Assembly (NCBI GenBank): GCA_965603825.1
Contig: CBFDEM010000053.1
Location: 372,001-436,000, forward strand
Direction of reading: 5' to 3'
Length of the DNA: 64,000 nucleotides
Source: Blepharisma stoltei ATCC 30299
Lineage: Eukaryota > Protista > Ciliophora
The notes below the pieces were generated by a model. The model did no database searches, was not told the DNA's origin, and saw only the letters and a list, made by a program, of their open reading frames with translations. A program made the position numbers and the translations under genes. Shown one piece after another: positions 26,374 to 37,053 of the stretch (position 1 is its first letter; every line of letters starts with the position of its first letter).

Positions 26374-28257
26374 TTATTTATCATCCTCATCCTTTTTATA
26401 AGAAATAGCCAAAATTCCATCCTTAATTTCCACGTTTTTCCATTTCCTCTCATACTGCTCGGGTATCTTAAAACTCATAGCGAAATCCCCATACTTCCTT
26501 TCTTGCTTGACAATCCTCGATTTGTCAGAATCTTCAATATAAGGTTTCTTCCTACTCCCTTGTACAACAGTAATAACATTTTGTCTCGTCAGTAAAATAT
26601 CATCACCAGAAAGCCCAGGAACATCCATAAAAATTTTATATTCCCCATCCTCAATAATGTCAATTGACGGCAGAAAACTATCAGGTCTCGACATAATAAA
26701 CCCACTAGAATCTTGTGACAGCTGAGGCAGCCTCATATTTTCTCCGCTTGCCATATTCCTACACTTAATTATTTTTTTCAAATAATGCTCCCCTTCAATT
26801 AAGTCTACTTCTACAGGTGTTTTATAATAAGATGTCAATTTTACTCTAGAAATCGAAAGAACAGTCTCTACCACTGAAATTGGCCTATTCACTGGGACAA
26901 AAACAGCTTTCAGCCAATATTTTAATAAAGAAAATACCCAGGGATTATTTTCTTCTCCAAGCTCGCTATCAGCATTTGCCAAACAAACATGCCTTGAAAA
27001 TTCCGTTTTAAATCAATTAACATCTTTTTCTACTAAATCTCCCGTTTTACTAGAAATTGCAGCTACTCTAGTTTTCAATGAGCTCCCAGACCCATAAATT
27101 TGTGTGACTTGTGTTTCCCATATATGATCAATAACTTCTTTATTTTCCACGTCTTTTAAGTTGTGGACTACAATGACTTCTCTGAATGTTTTTGTAGTGG
27201 AATTTTGCAAACTTCGAGTAATTTTGTCAAGAAATCTTTGGTCAAGTGATGTAAAATCGTTAACGACACATATAAAATAATCAGACAGCTCAAAAACCAT
27301 ATCAAGAAGAAACAGTTCTGTAGCTTCTTTTTCAGCAACTGAAAACTCATTTATCACTTTAACAGGCGAATAAGACCCTGCTGTATCCAAAAGTATCAGT
27401 TTTGTCCCTGAGTCCATATGAACATGCTTAAACGACAGCCCTTTTGTATTGACTTTTTTCCCTGACGGTAAAAATGACTCTGTTAGATTATTTAGCAAAA
27501 ATGTTTTTCCTTTATCATAAAGCCCTACAACAGCTACAACCGCCCCATCTCAGGCTCCTGGGCCTGCCTTAGTTTCACATTTTTCCAATGCAAAACTTGA
27601 ATGCAAACTTTGGGCCTTTTCTGGGGAAATTTGCAATAAATCTTCTTCTATTTTAATTTCTTCATTTTTTGGTTGTGAATTTGAAAAATCTTGTGCATCT
27701 GCAATTTTTATGGACTGGCTTATAGGCTGGATTAAGATTTTTTGGTCTTCTTTGAGTGTATTCCAGAAATTTTGTGAAAACTCCACTTCCCACCCATTTT
27801 TATTAATATCAGTAATTAGTCCAATATCGACAACCCAGTCATACATGTCTAAGGCGCTTGTGTAGCCGGCGACTCTGTCCTTTCTTTTTTTGCTTATCAT
27901 CGCGTTTCTAGCAACATCATCTTTTAAAGTCTTAATTTGCATTTGAAGTTGGTGAATTTCTAATGATTTTGATCGTTCGCGGTCAATCAAAGATTCTAAT
28001 AGTTGCTGCTTTTCTTGGTTTCTGATTTTTAGTTCAAGAGAAAAAGCTTCTAAGAGGTCGATTTGATCTTGTTTTTGGACTTGCTTTGAGATAAGATTAG
28101 GAAGATTTTTTGTTATTTGATCTTCTTCTTCAGATAAAACATGAAAAAGTTCTGTGATATTTTTTAAGTAAGGGTCTGATGGGCTAGTTTCTATTTGGAG
28201 AGATGCAAATGAGCTGACTTCGTCCTCTTCTTTTCATAGTAGGTCTTCTTTTGACAT
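26374..28257 (-). CDS. Coiled-coil + P-loop GTPase + HSP20/alpha-crystallin fusion protein
   Basis: Single frame with TGA=Trp from ATG 28257; VAVVGLYDKGKT (G1), NTKG (G2), LDTAG (G3), VVHN (G4); C-terminal PSIDIIE...MDVPG...ERKYGDF..SFKIP...KDGILAI. Confidence 0.82.
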
Positions 28258-29292
28258 GCTTTTTAAACTTATTTTGGCTTATTCCTCGAAAATTAATTAA
28301 CCTTAGAAATGTGTGGACAGTTTTGGAATTTAAATATTTAAAAATTGGAGGATTAAACCTACCAAAATTGTTTTGGCTATTAGATTTCAATATGCTTATT
28401 ATTTTTATAGAATGCATAGACTTTTATTATAAGATTTTTATAAGGCAATAGTATTTAAACTAACTTTAAATTAATTGGAAATTATCTTTGTATAGGTAGC
28501 ATTTATTTTCTCTTCAATTCATGTTTTATTCCCTTAATTACTAAGGAATTATATGTGAGCCACTATAAATGTTGATAACCATAATCAATAAAGCATATAT
28601 CTTATTAAAAGACTGCTTAAAAGATAGGAGCTTTACAATCATCCTTCTTACCGGAAAAATAAATCTGAAGGAATGTCTTTTTGGCCAAACATAAGCATTG
28701 ATTTTTTGCTTACTTTAAGCATATGTTAGGGATTTTTTATTTTTCGAGCTTGCTCCATATTTAATTGCCAGTTAACATCTTTAACTCCTCCTCAGTTAAG
28801 ATGATTATTTGAGAGAAATCAAATTGATAAAATATAGTAAGATGTATTTGGTGCATAATATTTTCAAGCTCTTTTTGCATCTGAAGAATTGATGGAGACT
28901 TCGAGATTGGCTGTGAGCTAGGAGATTTTTTGATGGTTTTAGAAAAAAGTCTCAGCACTCCTTACCAGCATAAAGCCATCAAAAATGCTTATATATTTAT
29001 TATAGGATAGTGCACCCTAAAAGTAAAGTATATTTCTTCCCTACTTTAGATGGAAACGAAAAAATACGTTCGATTTAAAGGGGTGTTACACTTTTACTAT
29101 TTTCTCCTTATTGAAAATCAGCATTAATAGTAGGCAATAGATCAATATCAGATTTTTGATATTCAGATATTCATTAAGTCAAAACAAAATTGAAGATAAA
29201 ATTAACAAATATAATTGAAATTATCAAGTTGTGAAAAGCTTTATAAAAATTATAATATCAAACGCCCAGTAGTCAAACTTAGAATTGATTTA

Positions 29293-29346
29293 ATAGAAAT
29301 TGCCCGAGGATGGCGCAAAACAGCGCCATCCTCGGGCAATTTCTAT
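29293..29346. repeat. Perfect 24-bp inverted repeat with 6-nt loop
   Basis: ATAGAAATTGCCCGAGGATGGCGC-AAAACA-GCGCCATCCTCGGGCAATTTCTAT. Confidence 0.97.
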
Positions 29347-29554
29347 ATCCAGAAAAAGTTATTGCTCAAAGCGTTTAACCCTTTGATCAAACTAAATGAT
29401 GCAGAAATGGCTTCAAGAAAATCCGAGGGTAGCTTTTCCAGAAATTGAAATACCTCAGCTGGAGAAAATCCTCTTTTCTTTGAGAAGATATTGAAAAGAC
29501 TTTAAAGCTGTAATTAATTTTTTATCAAATTTCTTTATTTATTTTATTAATAAA

Positions 29555-30871
29555 ATGACAGAAAACACTTAGTAATTTCTAGCCAGCCTCGAAATTAAAA
29601 CATCAACTTGGCATCGTGACACAAACGGCCTTTACGATTACCAAGCCAGCATTACTGCAAAGAATCATTTTACTATAAATTACTCAGCAGTTTTGCACAG
29701 AGCCAATAATTCCTGTATCTTAAATAGTTCGAGTTGGAATCGAAAACTCAGTGAAGACTCAAATCCAATTTTGTCCATAAAAGCGCGTGGTGGTGAATTT
29801 ATAATACAGCAGTCAGGTAACGAGCTAAATGAACGACTGTGACTTGTAATAAAATCAATAAGGAATAATGGAGTTAGAGGGTATAAAATATGTGAAGGGG
29901 ACTGGATTCGCCTAGGAAGGGTCAAATTGCAAGTCAAAAAAATTTGTACTGATACTACTAAAAAAGCGTTAGAAAATGAAAGTGTTATAGTAGCTGATGG
30001 AGAAAATCCAAAATTTCAATATTTTGAGCCTTTAAGAGGGGATTCTAACGAAGTTATGGCATGCAGAATATGCTTAAACAATGAAAATTCAACAGAAAAC
30101 CCTTTAATTTCTCCATGCTACTGTACGGGAACTATGAAGCATATACACATTTCATGCCTACAGGAATGACTTAAAAATAAAGCTGTTGTAATCAGCAAGT
30201 TCCAAAAGGTAACTTCTTTCTTTTGGAATGAATTATCATGTGAAATCTGTAAAGCGCCGTTTCCCTTAAGTATTTATATTAAAGGAGTCCGATTTGATTT
30301 AATAAAAATAGAAAATCCAGGAAGACCTTATGTTTTATTAGAAGATTATAGTCCTGAAAGACACGAAATACGATGCTTGCGCATTGTGTCTCTAAATAAT
30401 GGAGAATCTGCAAGCTTAGGCAGAGGTAATAAAATTAGTCTAAAAATTCCTGATGTCTCAGTTAGCAGAAGACACTGTAAATTGAAATTTATTGAAAATA
30501 ATTTTATATTAGAAGACACCAATAGCAAATTTGGGACGCTTGTCCTTATGAAAAAATCTTTTGTGCTGCAGCCTCATACAGAAGTTACTGTACAAATTGG
30601 GAGGACTATTGTGCATTTATTATCAAAAGAGCCCTTTAGCTATAAGTCATGCCTTTGAGCGTTTGGAATTAAAAAGGTCATGCCGATTACTTATTGTTCG
30701 TATTTAACACAAGCTGATATTATTGAAGATAACCCAGCGGCTTTTGGGTCTTCTCGAGATAAGACATTACTAGATTTTGAGCCAGATTTAGCAATCTCTC
30801 AGCATGAATTCTCTATTGCAAGAGAAGAAGAAAAATCCAGTAGCAATGAAAACATAAATCAATTAATATAA
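29555..30871 (+). CDS. RING-CH (RINGv) + FHA domain protein
   Basis: ATG 29555; intron 29572-29586; TWHRDTNGLYDY; CRIC...SPCYCTGT..HISCLQE-W(TGA)...CEIC; FHA LGRG...SVSRRH...SKFGT. Confidence 0.9.
29572..29586 (+). other. 15-nt spliceosomal intron
   Basis: GTAATTTCTAGCCAG; A10; removes an in-frame TAG. Confidence 0.85.
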
Positions 30872-30906
30872 ATTTTCAGCTAAAAATTATTAAATTTCAA
30901 TAGAAA

Positions 30907-31953
30907 TTATATTAAGAATGAAATAGCCACGCTTACAAAAACACACAAAAAGTTTGCAGAGTCATAATAATAAGGATAATTGTAAGTAGCCTGCACGCAT
31001 TGATCATTATTCTGTAATTGGGGATAATAAAGATACTCCCAAGTAGCACGAGTCGTATCATCCAATTTATTCACAAATTGCAAGCACCCTGATGCACTTC
31101 TTCTGACCGTATTACATTTATTAGTCCTTTGCAAACTTTTTACCCAAGTGCTTATATAGCTAAGTCCAGCAGCATCCCCTATAAAAGGCTGACAATAAAA
31201 CGCACCTTGGCTATTATATCCACAGGTGCAGCTTGATAAATAAATATTGTCCCCATCACTCCCTTCACAATCCATATCTGAGCTGCATTTAGTCGGCATC
31301 TGGGCTGTGCTTACTGGGGCTTCTGAACAAACTCCAAGAGACCCATAAAAATCATTTGCTGATTTTTTACAAAATCCTGACTGGCATAAATAAGAAAACC
31401 CATTGGTGCAGTCAGTCACAATATCTCCATTAGAAATTGTTGCGTATTGGTTGCAAACCCCGTTAGAGGTACCATAGGTCCAGTTGCAAGTAGCCCAATT
31501 GACACAGTCATGGAAATCGCGACATCCCATGTCTCCAATATTTATTTGGGCTACACATTGGTTGTTAGGGCCACATCGCAGGCCTGGATTGCATTGCTCA
31601 TGGGATGTGCAGGATTCTAATAAGGCAGCCCCAAAGCAATAGTTATTTTTACAGGTCCCGAATTTACAGCTTGAAATGCAAGGTTCGCCTGGGTAAGGTA
31701 AATCTGTGTTATTGACAGGGGCTGCAATACAAGTTAGATTGCTGGTTTGGCAATATGGAGCGGAGGAGGAGCAAGGCTGAAGGTAGACTGTATTGTTGAC
31801 TTGACGCCCGCAGGAGCCAGTAGGGATTGCTATATTGCTTGTGGTTGCACATTGGTAGGATAGGCAAGTGTTTTGTGAAGAAATTGAGTGTGGGGAAGGG
31901 TAATTGGCAGAGGTAAAGGGGATTAGGGAGAATAGAAGCAATGAGGGTATCAT
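30907..31953 (-). CDS. Secreted/GPI-anchored cysteine-rich surface protein
   Basis: N-terminal signal peptide, many spaced Cys, hydrophobic C-terminal tail. Confidence 0.8.
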   Translation of the reverse strand: MIPSLLLFSLIPFTSANYPSPHSISSQNTCLSYQCATTSNIAIPTGSCGRQVNNTVYLQPCSSSAPYCQTSNLTCIAAPVNNTDLPYPGEPCISSCKFGTCKNNYCFGAALLESCTSHEQCNPGLRCGPNNQCVAQINIGDMGCRDFHDCVNWATCNWTYGTSNGVCNQYATISNGDIVTDCTNGFSYLCQSGFCKKSANDFYGSLGVCSEAPVSTAQMPTKCSSDMDCEGSDGDNIYLSSCTCGYNSQGAFYCQPFIGDAAGLSYISTWVKSLQRTNKCNTVRRSASGCLQFVNKLDDTTRATWEYLYYPQLQNNDQCVQATYNYPYYYDSANFLCVFVSVAISFLI

Positions 31954-32236
31954 ATTTTGATAATTGCAATTATGGAAAAGGTTGTTGAAAAATTAGCATT
32001 TTGTGATAAAGGAAAATAAAGTCATATTTTAGATAGGATACAAATGTGATGCCAGTTAAATTCAGTTAATATAGATGTAATAATTTGCACATATTCTCAT
32101 TTTCTAATATTTTTAAGCTCAAGTTATTTTTATTAGAATTAATCTTATCTGTTGATTAAAGAAGATTTAAAAAGTTTTTACTATGGCTGAGAAATATATT
32201 TTTAAATAGAAAGAGACCTAATCATTAGTAGTTATT

Positions 32237-34249
32237 TTAATGCAGCTCAAATAATGTTTTGTCACTCAAATTAAACTTGAAGTATCTAGCATCATTAACA
32301 AAGTGTGCAATGTTTATTCCTTCTTTATTATATGACAAATAAACTTGATGAAAATAATCATTTATTATTGAGTCTCCAATTCGTCTCCAGACAGTATCAT
32401 TTGACAATTCGCTTTCATAGATTGATCCATTTTCACAACATTCAATTGTATACAGTCTCTCTGTACTTATAAGAATCTTGTAAGTACTAGCTTGAAAATC
32501 ATAAGGAATTGTTGCGAAAGTGTTGCTACCGATTGAATACCTCAAAAGATTTTTATTGAAATATCCAGAAATCATAATATTCCCGTTAAATATTACACTA
32601 TTGCATCAGCAATCAGCTTTTGGCAGTGGCTTTAATTTAATTCATCGGTTTTCATTTAAATCTAATCTCTCTGATAGAGTTAAATATCCATTACTTCCTC
32701 CTCCTCCAAAGCAATAAACACTGCTATTGAAATAGATAGCTGATGAATGAAAGCAAGGAGTTCCAGATGGCAGCTGCCGAATTCTATAATTCTCATCAAT
32801 TATCAATGAAACTCCAGAGCCTGGGTATCTACCAAAGCAAAACAAATTACCATTAGGAAGCTGAGCAATACAAGTGCGACAATCTAGTAGCTCAGGAGTC
32901 TCCACTCTCCTGACTTCTTTACTATTATTTTCTGTATCATAAATAATCAAATGAGTTCTATTTTTATGGTTTATAATTGTATAAAGAGATGTTTTTTGGC
33001 GATAAGCATTAGTATAATCTTGATAAGCTTGCTGAAGAGTTGGGTCATCAGCATAGAAATCGCTGAAATCTGAGCAGGTGCTCCTAAAGTCTTCCTCTAA
33101 TTCTGGGTCATTTGGTCTATTCAAAATTTCAGATCTCTTCTCTCTTAGCTCTTGAATCTTTTGGGCTTTTTCTGCTTCGTTATTTTTGATAAGATCTTGA
33201 GGAATCTTATTTCTTTGAGAATTAAGCAAGTTTTCTTTACTGTCTTCGTAGTCTTTCTTGCTTTTTTTATTCTCATTTATTATGCTCATTAAGTGGGCTA
33301 TTTCTGCTCGAAGCGACTCAATTTCCTTTCCTTTTGCCTTATTCTTTTTTCTATATTTAGATAACTCCTTTTCAAGCTGCTCATTTCTTTCCCTTTCTTT
33401 ATTAAATTGAACTTGCCAAATAGCTGCATTCATAGCAGATGTTTGTGGAATTGTAATGCCTAAGCTTAGAGTTTTGTTGACTATAAACTCATGAGCTAAG
33501 ATATCAACTATTGTTGGCCTCTCTTTGCGCCTCTTTTTTAGGCATCAATCAACAAAACCTCTCAGTTCATTAGAGTATTCGCTTCTTATTGGCTTATGAG
33601 GCGCATTTTTTATTTTATTCACATTATCGCCAAAAGGATGCTCAAGGTTGCAGAGATAATACAAAATGCAGCCGACTGCCCAAACATCACTTTCTTTAGT
33701 CTGGGGATGTCCACTATGAGTCCTAGGAGACTGGCAACTGGCAACACCCTGAATTGTTTTGGTCAGTAAAGATCGAGAAGTGCCAAAATCAGCTATTTTA
33801 ATATCTTTATTTTCGTCTAAGAGGATATTTTGTGGATGAAGATCTCGATGAATAAATCCGTTGTTGTGCAAAGACTCGAGCCCAAAGCAGATCTGGATAA
33901 AATATTTTCAGATTTCGTCTTCTTCAAATATTTCATGGGCATTAATCTTATCAACTATAGCTTTAAGAAGGTCGCCATTTCGGCAATAATCTATAACCAT
34001 GTAGAAAGTTTCGTCTTTAACAAAAAAGGAGTCTAAGCGAAGCTTATATGGATTGGTCCATGAAAGTACTTGCAGCTCAGCTCCAATATCCTTCCAGGTT
34101 GACCCTGTGCTAGTTACGGCTACAGCTTTTATTGCGTACATTTGTCCATTGCTTCTCTTTATGGCTCTATAGATAGTTCCATAACCTCCAAAATTGAGGT
34201 GATCCTTAACTTCAAAAGCGTCTGTTAAGTCTTCAGGAAAAAGCTCCAT
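32237..34249 (-). CDS. NEK-like Ser/Thr kinase domain + coiled coil + Kelch-like repeats
   Basis: Four same-frame ORFs joined by TGA=Trp; YAIK, IHRDLHPQN, DFG, SDVWAVG; Kelch-like LFCFG, VYCFGG...SERLDL..NR-W. Confidence 0.85.
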
Positions 34250-34515
34250 GTTTATCGATCGAAATTACTATAATATATTTTGAAATACTTTAACATTTTA
34301 AATATTACGAAAATTAATAGTTTTAACTATTGATTAATTTCAGAAATATTTATTAAATGCTGATATAAAATTTATTACCATTTATTTTATTCAATTGATT
34401 GTTTATTATTAGCACATATATGAAAGGTTTTATTAATTTATTTTATAGCTAAAAATAACTAGTTTCCATAAATCTCAAATTAAGCTGCATTATTTAAATA
34501 TTTATTTCAAAGCTA

Positions 34516-36186
34516 TTATAGAAATTTTAAAGATTGCAACTTCGAGCTGCATTTCCATCTATGCAAATATCGGAATTTTATTTCACAGCATGCAGAAAAC
34601 AAAATAATTCTCGTCCTATGCAAAATTTTCCAGCTTCGGAAAATTTTTTTGAGGAAATTAATTTTATTTTCAAATAAAAATCATTTAAGTTTTTTTTGCA
34701 ATTCAGATTTATCTTGTGATAAAATAGTATTGATTTTAAATCCAATTAAAGATTTGTGAAGTAATTTTGCTGCATAGATTTCGTTATGTTTTAGATCATG
34801 CTTAGAGTATTTTTGACACAAATAGTTCAATCAGCTGTGAACCATTTTTACTAATAACTGCTTTGATCTGAAATTATTTGCTTTTTTATGAGAAAGAATT
34901 TTTGGAATTAAATATGTCTTTAAAGCTTTAAAGCAGGTTGAGAGTAATTTTAATTTTCGATTTTTTCTGATGGATTCTTCTATTTTTATTGTGTAGCAGG
35001 AGTATTTTAAAATTTTAAAAAAACAAGATTTCTTTACTTTATTTTGACGGTGCTTGTCAACCATGTTGATCTGTATGAAACTTACAAGGGGAATTCTGTA
35101 TCATTCTTTTAATATTGATTTTAAAAGATTTCTTTGTATAAAGGACTGATAGAAATTCAAAGCTTTTTTTTGATTTTTTTGCTTTGCAAAGAATTTATTT
35201 GAGAAAATCAAAATAGCTTCAAAAACTTTTCGCTTCTAAATTAAATTTACCAATTCTTTGTGATAATTAGCAGCGCAAAATGCTGAGGCTAATTTAAGAC
35301 CGTTTTTCTTAGTTGATTTATGAAAAACTAATATTCTTCATGACCTTAACAAAACTTTTAATTGAAAAAGTATAGCTTTTTTCTTTTGCTTGTTCAAATT
35401 CGCATTCCTTTTTAATTTATTAAAATAAAATGACAATAAATGCCTTTTTCTGCACCCAATAGTGTATTTTTCTATATCAGTTTTAGTTTTTTTAAACACT
35501 CTCTTCCAATACTTTCAAAATAAAGTAATTTTTCTTTCGAGAGCATTTCGTTGCATCATTTCTTTTCACATAAAAATTCCCTTTTTCATAATCTGGCTAT
35601 CATTAAATTCTTCAGCTTTATATCAATTATATTTTTTTAAATCCTTGATGTTTTTGATAGATCTCCAATGAGAAATCGATCTTTTTAAAAATTTTCTAAT
35701 TCTTTTAATAATAAAATTTTGATACCTAATTTTTTGCAATCTCAGCAATTTTAGACTGTCGAAAGATTTTTGCATTAATTTTTCTTTGTAAAATGCCAAG
35801 GTACTCTCTGAAATTCCTTTTTTCTTCTTTCTTTGGTTGACTCATTTCATTCATCCATGTGTTACTTGGGATTTTAGGTATGTTTCTCTTATTGATGAAG
35901 ACTGCTTTAAGCTAGCTTGACTGCTTTCATTATATTGTTTTTTTCAGATAAAAAATAAAAATAGCTTTCTAGGGGCAAGTTTTTCGTAATCAATTGCTAA
36001 TTTTACTTTTTTAAGTAGTCACGAATAATAAAACTTATATGCCTTTGGGTATAAAGTTCTTTCTTTCTGTCTATATCAATCTTACTTTCAACTTGTGTAG
36101 TTCTTTCATTTTTTGAAAATCTTTTTCATTAAGTTTGGTTCTTTTTTAGTAGCGCGCTTATGGGTCTTTTTCAAAGGTGAAGGCAT
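34516..36186 (-). CDS. Sfi1-like (centrin-binding repeat) protein
   Basis: Hand translation from ATG 36186 to TAA 34516-34518 stays open with TGA=Trp and introns 36071-36085 and 35236-35250; recurring A..F....L.K.F..W-like motifs (LMKKIFKKW, FLKRSISHW, IMKKGIFMW, LVKMVHSW, LKKIFRSW). Confidence 0.7.
35236..35250 (-). other. 15-nt spliceosomal intron
   Basis: GTAAATTTAATTTAG; A10; in-frame TAG. Confidence 0.85.
36071..36085 (-). other. 15-nt spliceosomal intron
   Basis: GTAAGATTGATATAG; A10; in-frame TAA. Confidence 0.85.
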
Positions 36187-36473
36187 TTATATGAAATTTT
36201 ATTTGTAATAAATTTCATGTCGCGATTTCAGAAAACAGCAATAATCATTGCTAATACATATTACTTTTAACAGTGCTTCAGAAATACTTATAATTTCATT
36301 AATAAATTCAACAAACAACTATCATTAATTTTTTTCATTTCATTTTTTATCATTATACCTAATAAATGTATATAAAGGAGCATAAGCTTGGGGAAATTCC
36401 TCAAGCTTTTTTAGTAGTAATTCTTCTAAAAACCCAAAATAATTATTCTATTAAAAATAAGAGAAAATTTACA

Positions 36474-37043
36474 ATGGTTGATCACCTCACAGCTAAAGAA
36501 TATAAAATTGCTGTTATAGGGTCAACTGGGGTTGGAAAAAGCTCACTTTGCATGCAATTCACAAGGAATCGTTTTGAAGAAGCTTATGAGCCCACTATCG
36601 AGGATTATTATAGGAAGCAAGTCACATTCGAAGGTGAACAAATTATTTTTGATATTATTGATACTGCAGGAGAGGAAGGAAATCTTACAAACTTAAACGG
36701 GCTTATTAGACAAGCTGTAGGGTATTTATTAGTTTATGATATTACAAGAAGGCAATCTTACTCAGAAGCAAAAGAGTTCAGGGACAGAGTCTTGTATGTG
36801 AAAAATGCAATTTCGGTACCGATGGTACTGGTAGGGAATAAAGCTGATATGGAAGAAAAACGAGAAATTTCATTCGAAGAAGCCACAAAAGACGCAGCTG
36901 ATTGAAGTTGCAGCTTTTTTGAAGTCAGTGCAAAAACAAAGACTAACCTCGAAAGCGCATTTGCAGAGTGCGCTAAATCTATAAAACGGTCACAAAACAA
37001 GCGACAAAGAGATGGAGGACAAAAGTGCTGTTTATTATTGTAA
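36474..37043 (+). CDS. Ras-subfamily small GTPase
   Basis: GSTGVGKS, YEPTIEDYY, DTAGEE, VGNKAD, EVSAK; TGA=Trp at 36903; ends KCCLLL-TAA (CaaX). Confidence 0.92.
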
Positions 37044-37053
37044 ATTAATAATT

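Noticed and set aside
28724-28731. TGTTAGGG telomere-like octamer (also near 31563 and 58883)
   Set aside because: Single isolated units, two inside CDS; no array.
28620-28980. 65-aa ORF and flanking coding-like sequence, possible gene relic
   Set aside because: No in-frame ATG start, multiple TAA downstream, and the candidate 15-mer lacks the A10; cannot be supported.
37012-37053. ORF-track start of the golgin at 37012
   Set aside because: Overlaps the Ras C-terminus; ATG 37054 gives the expected N-terminal motif.
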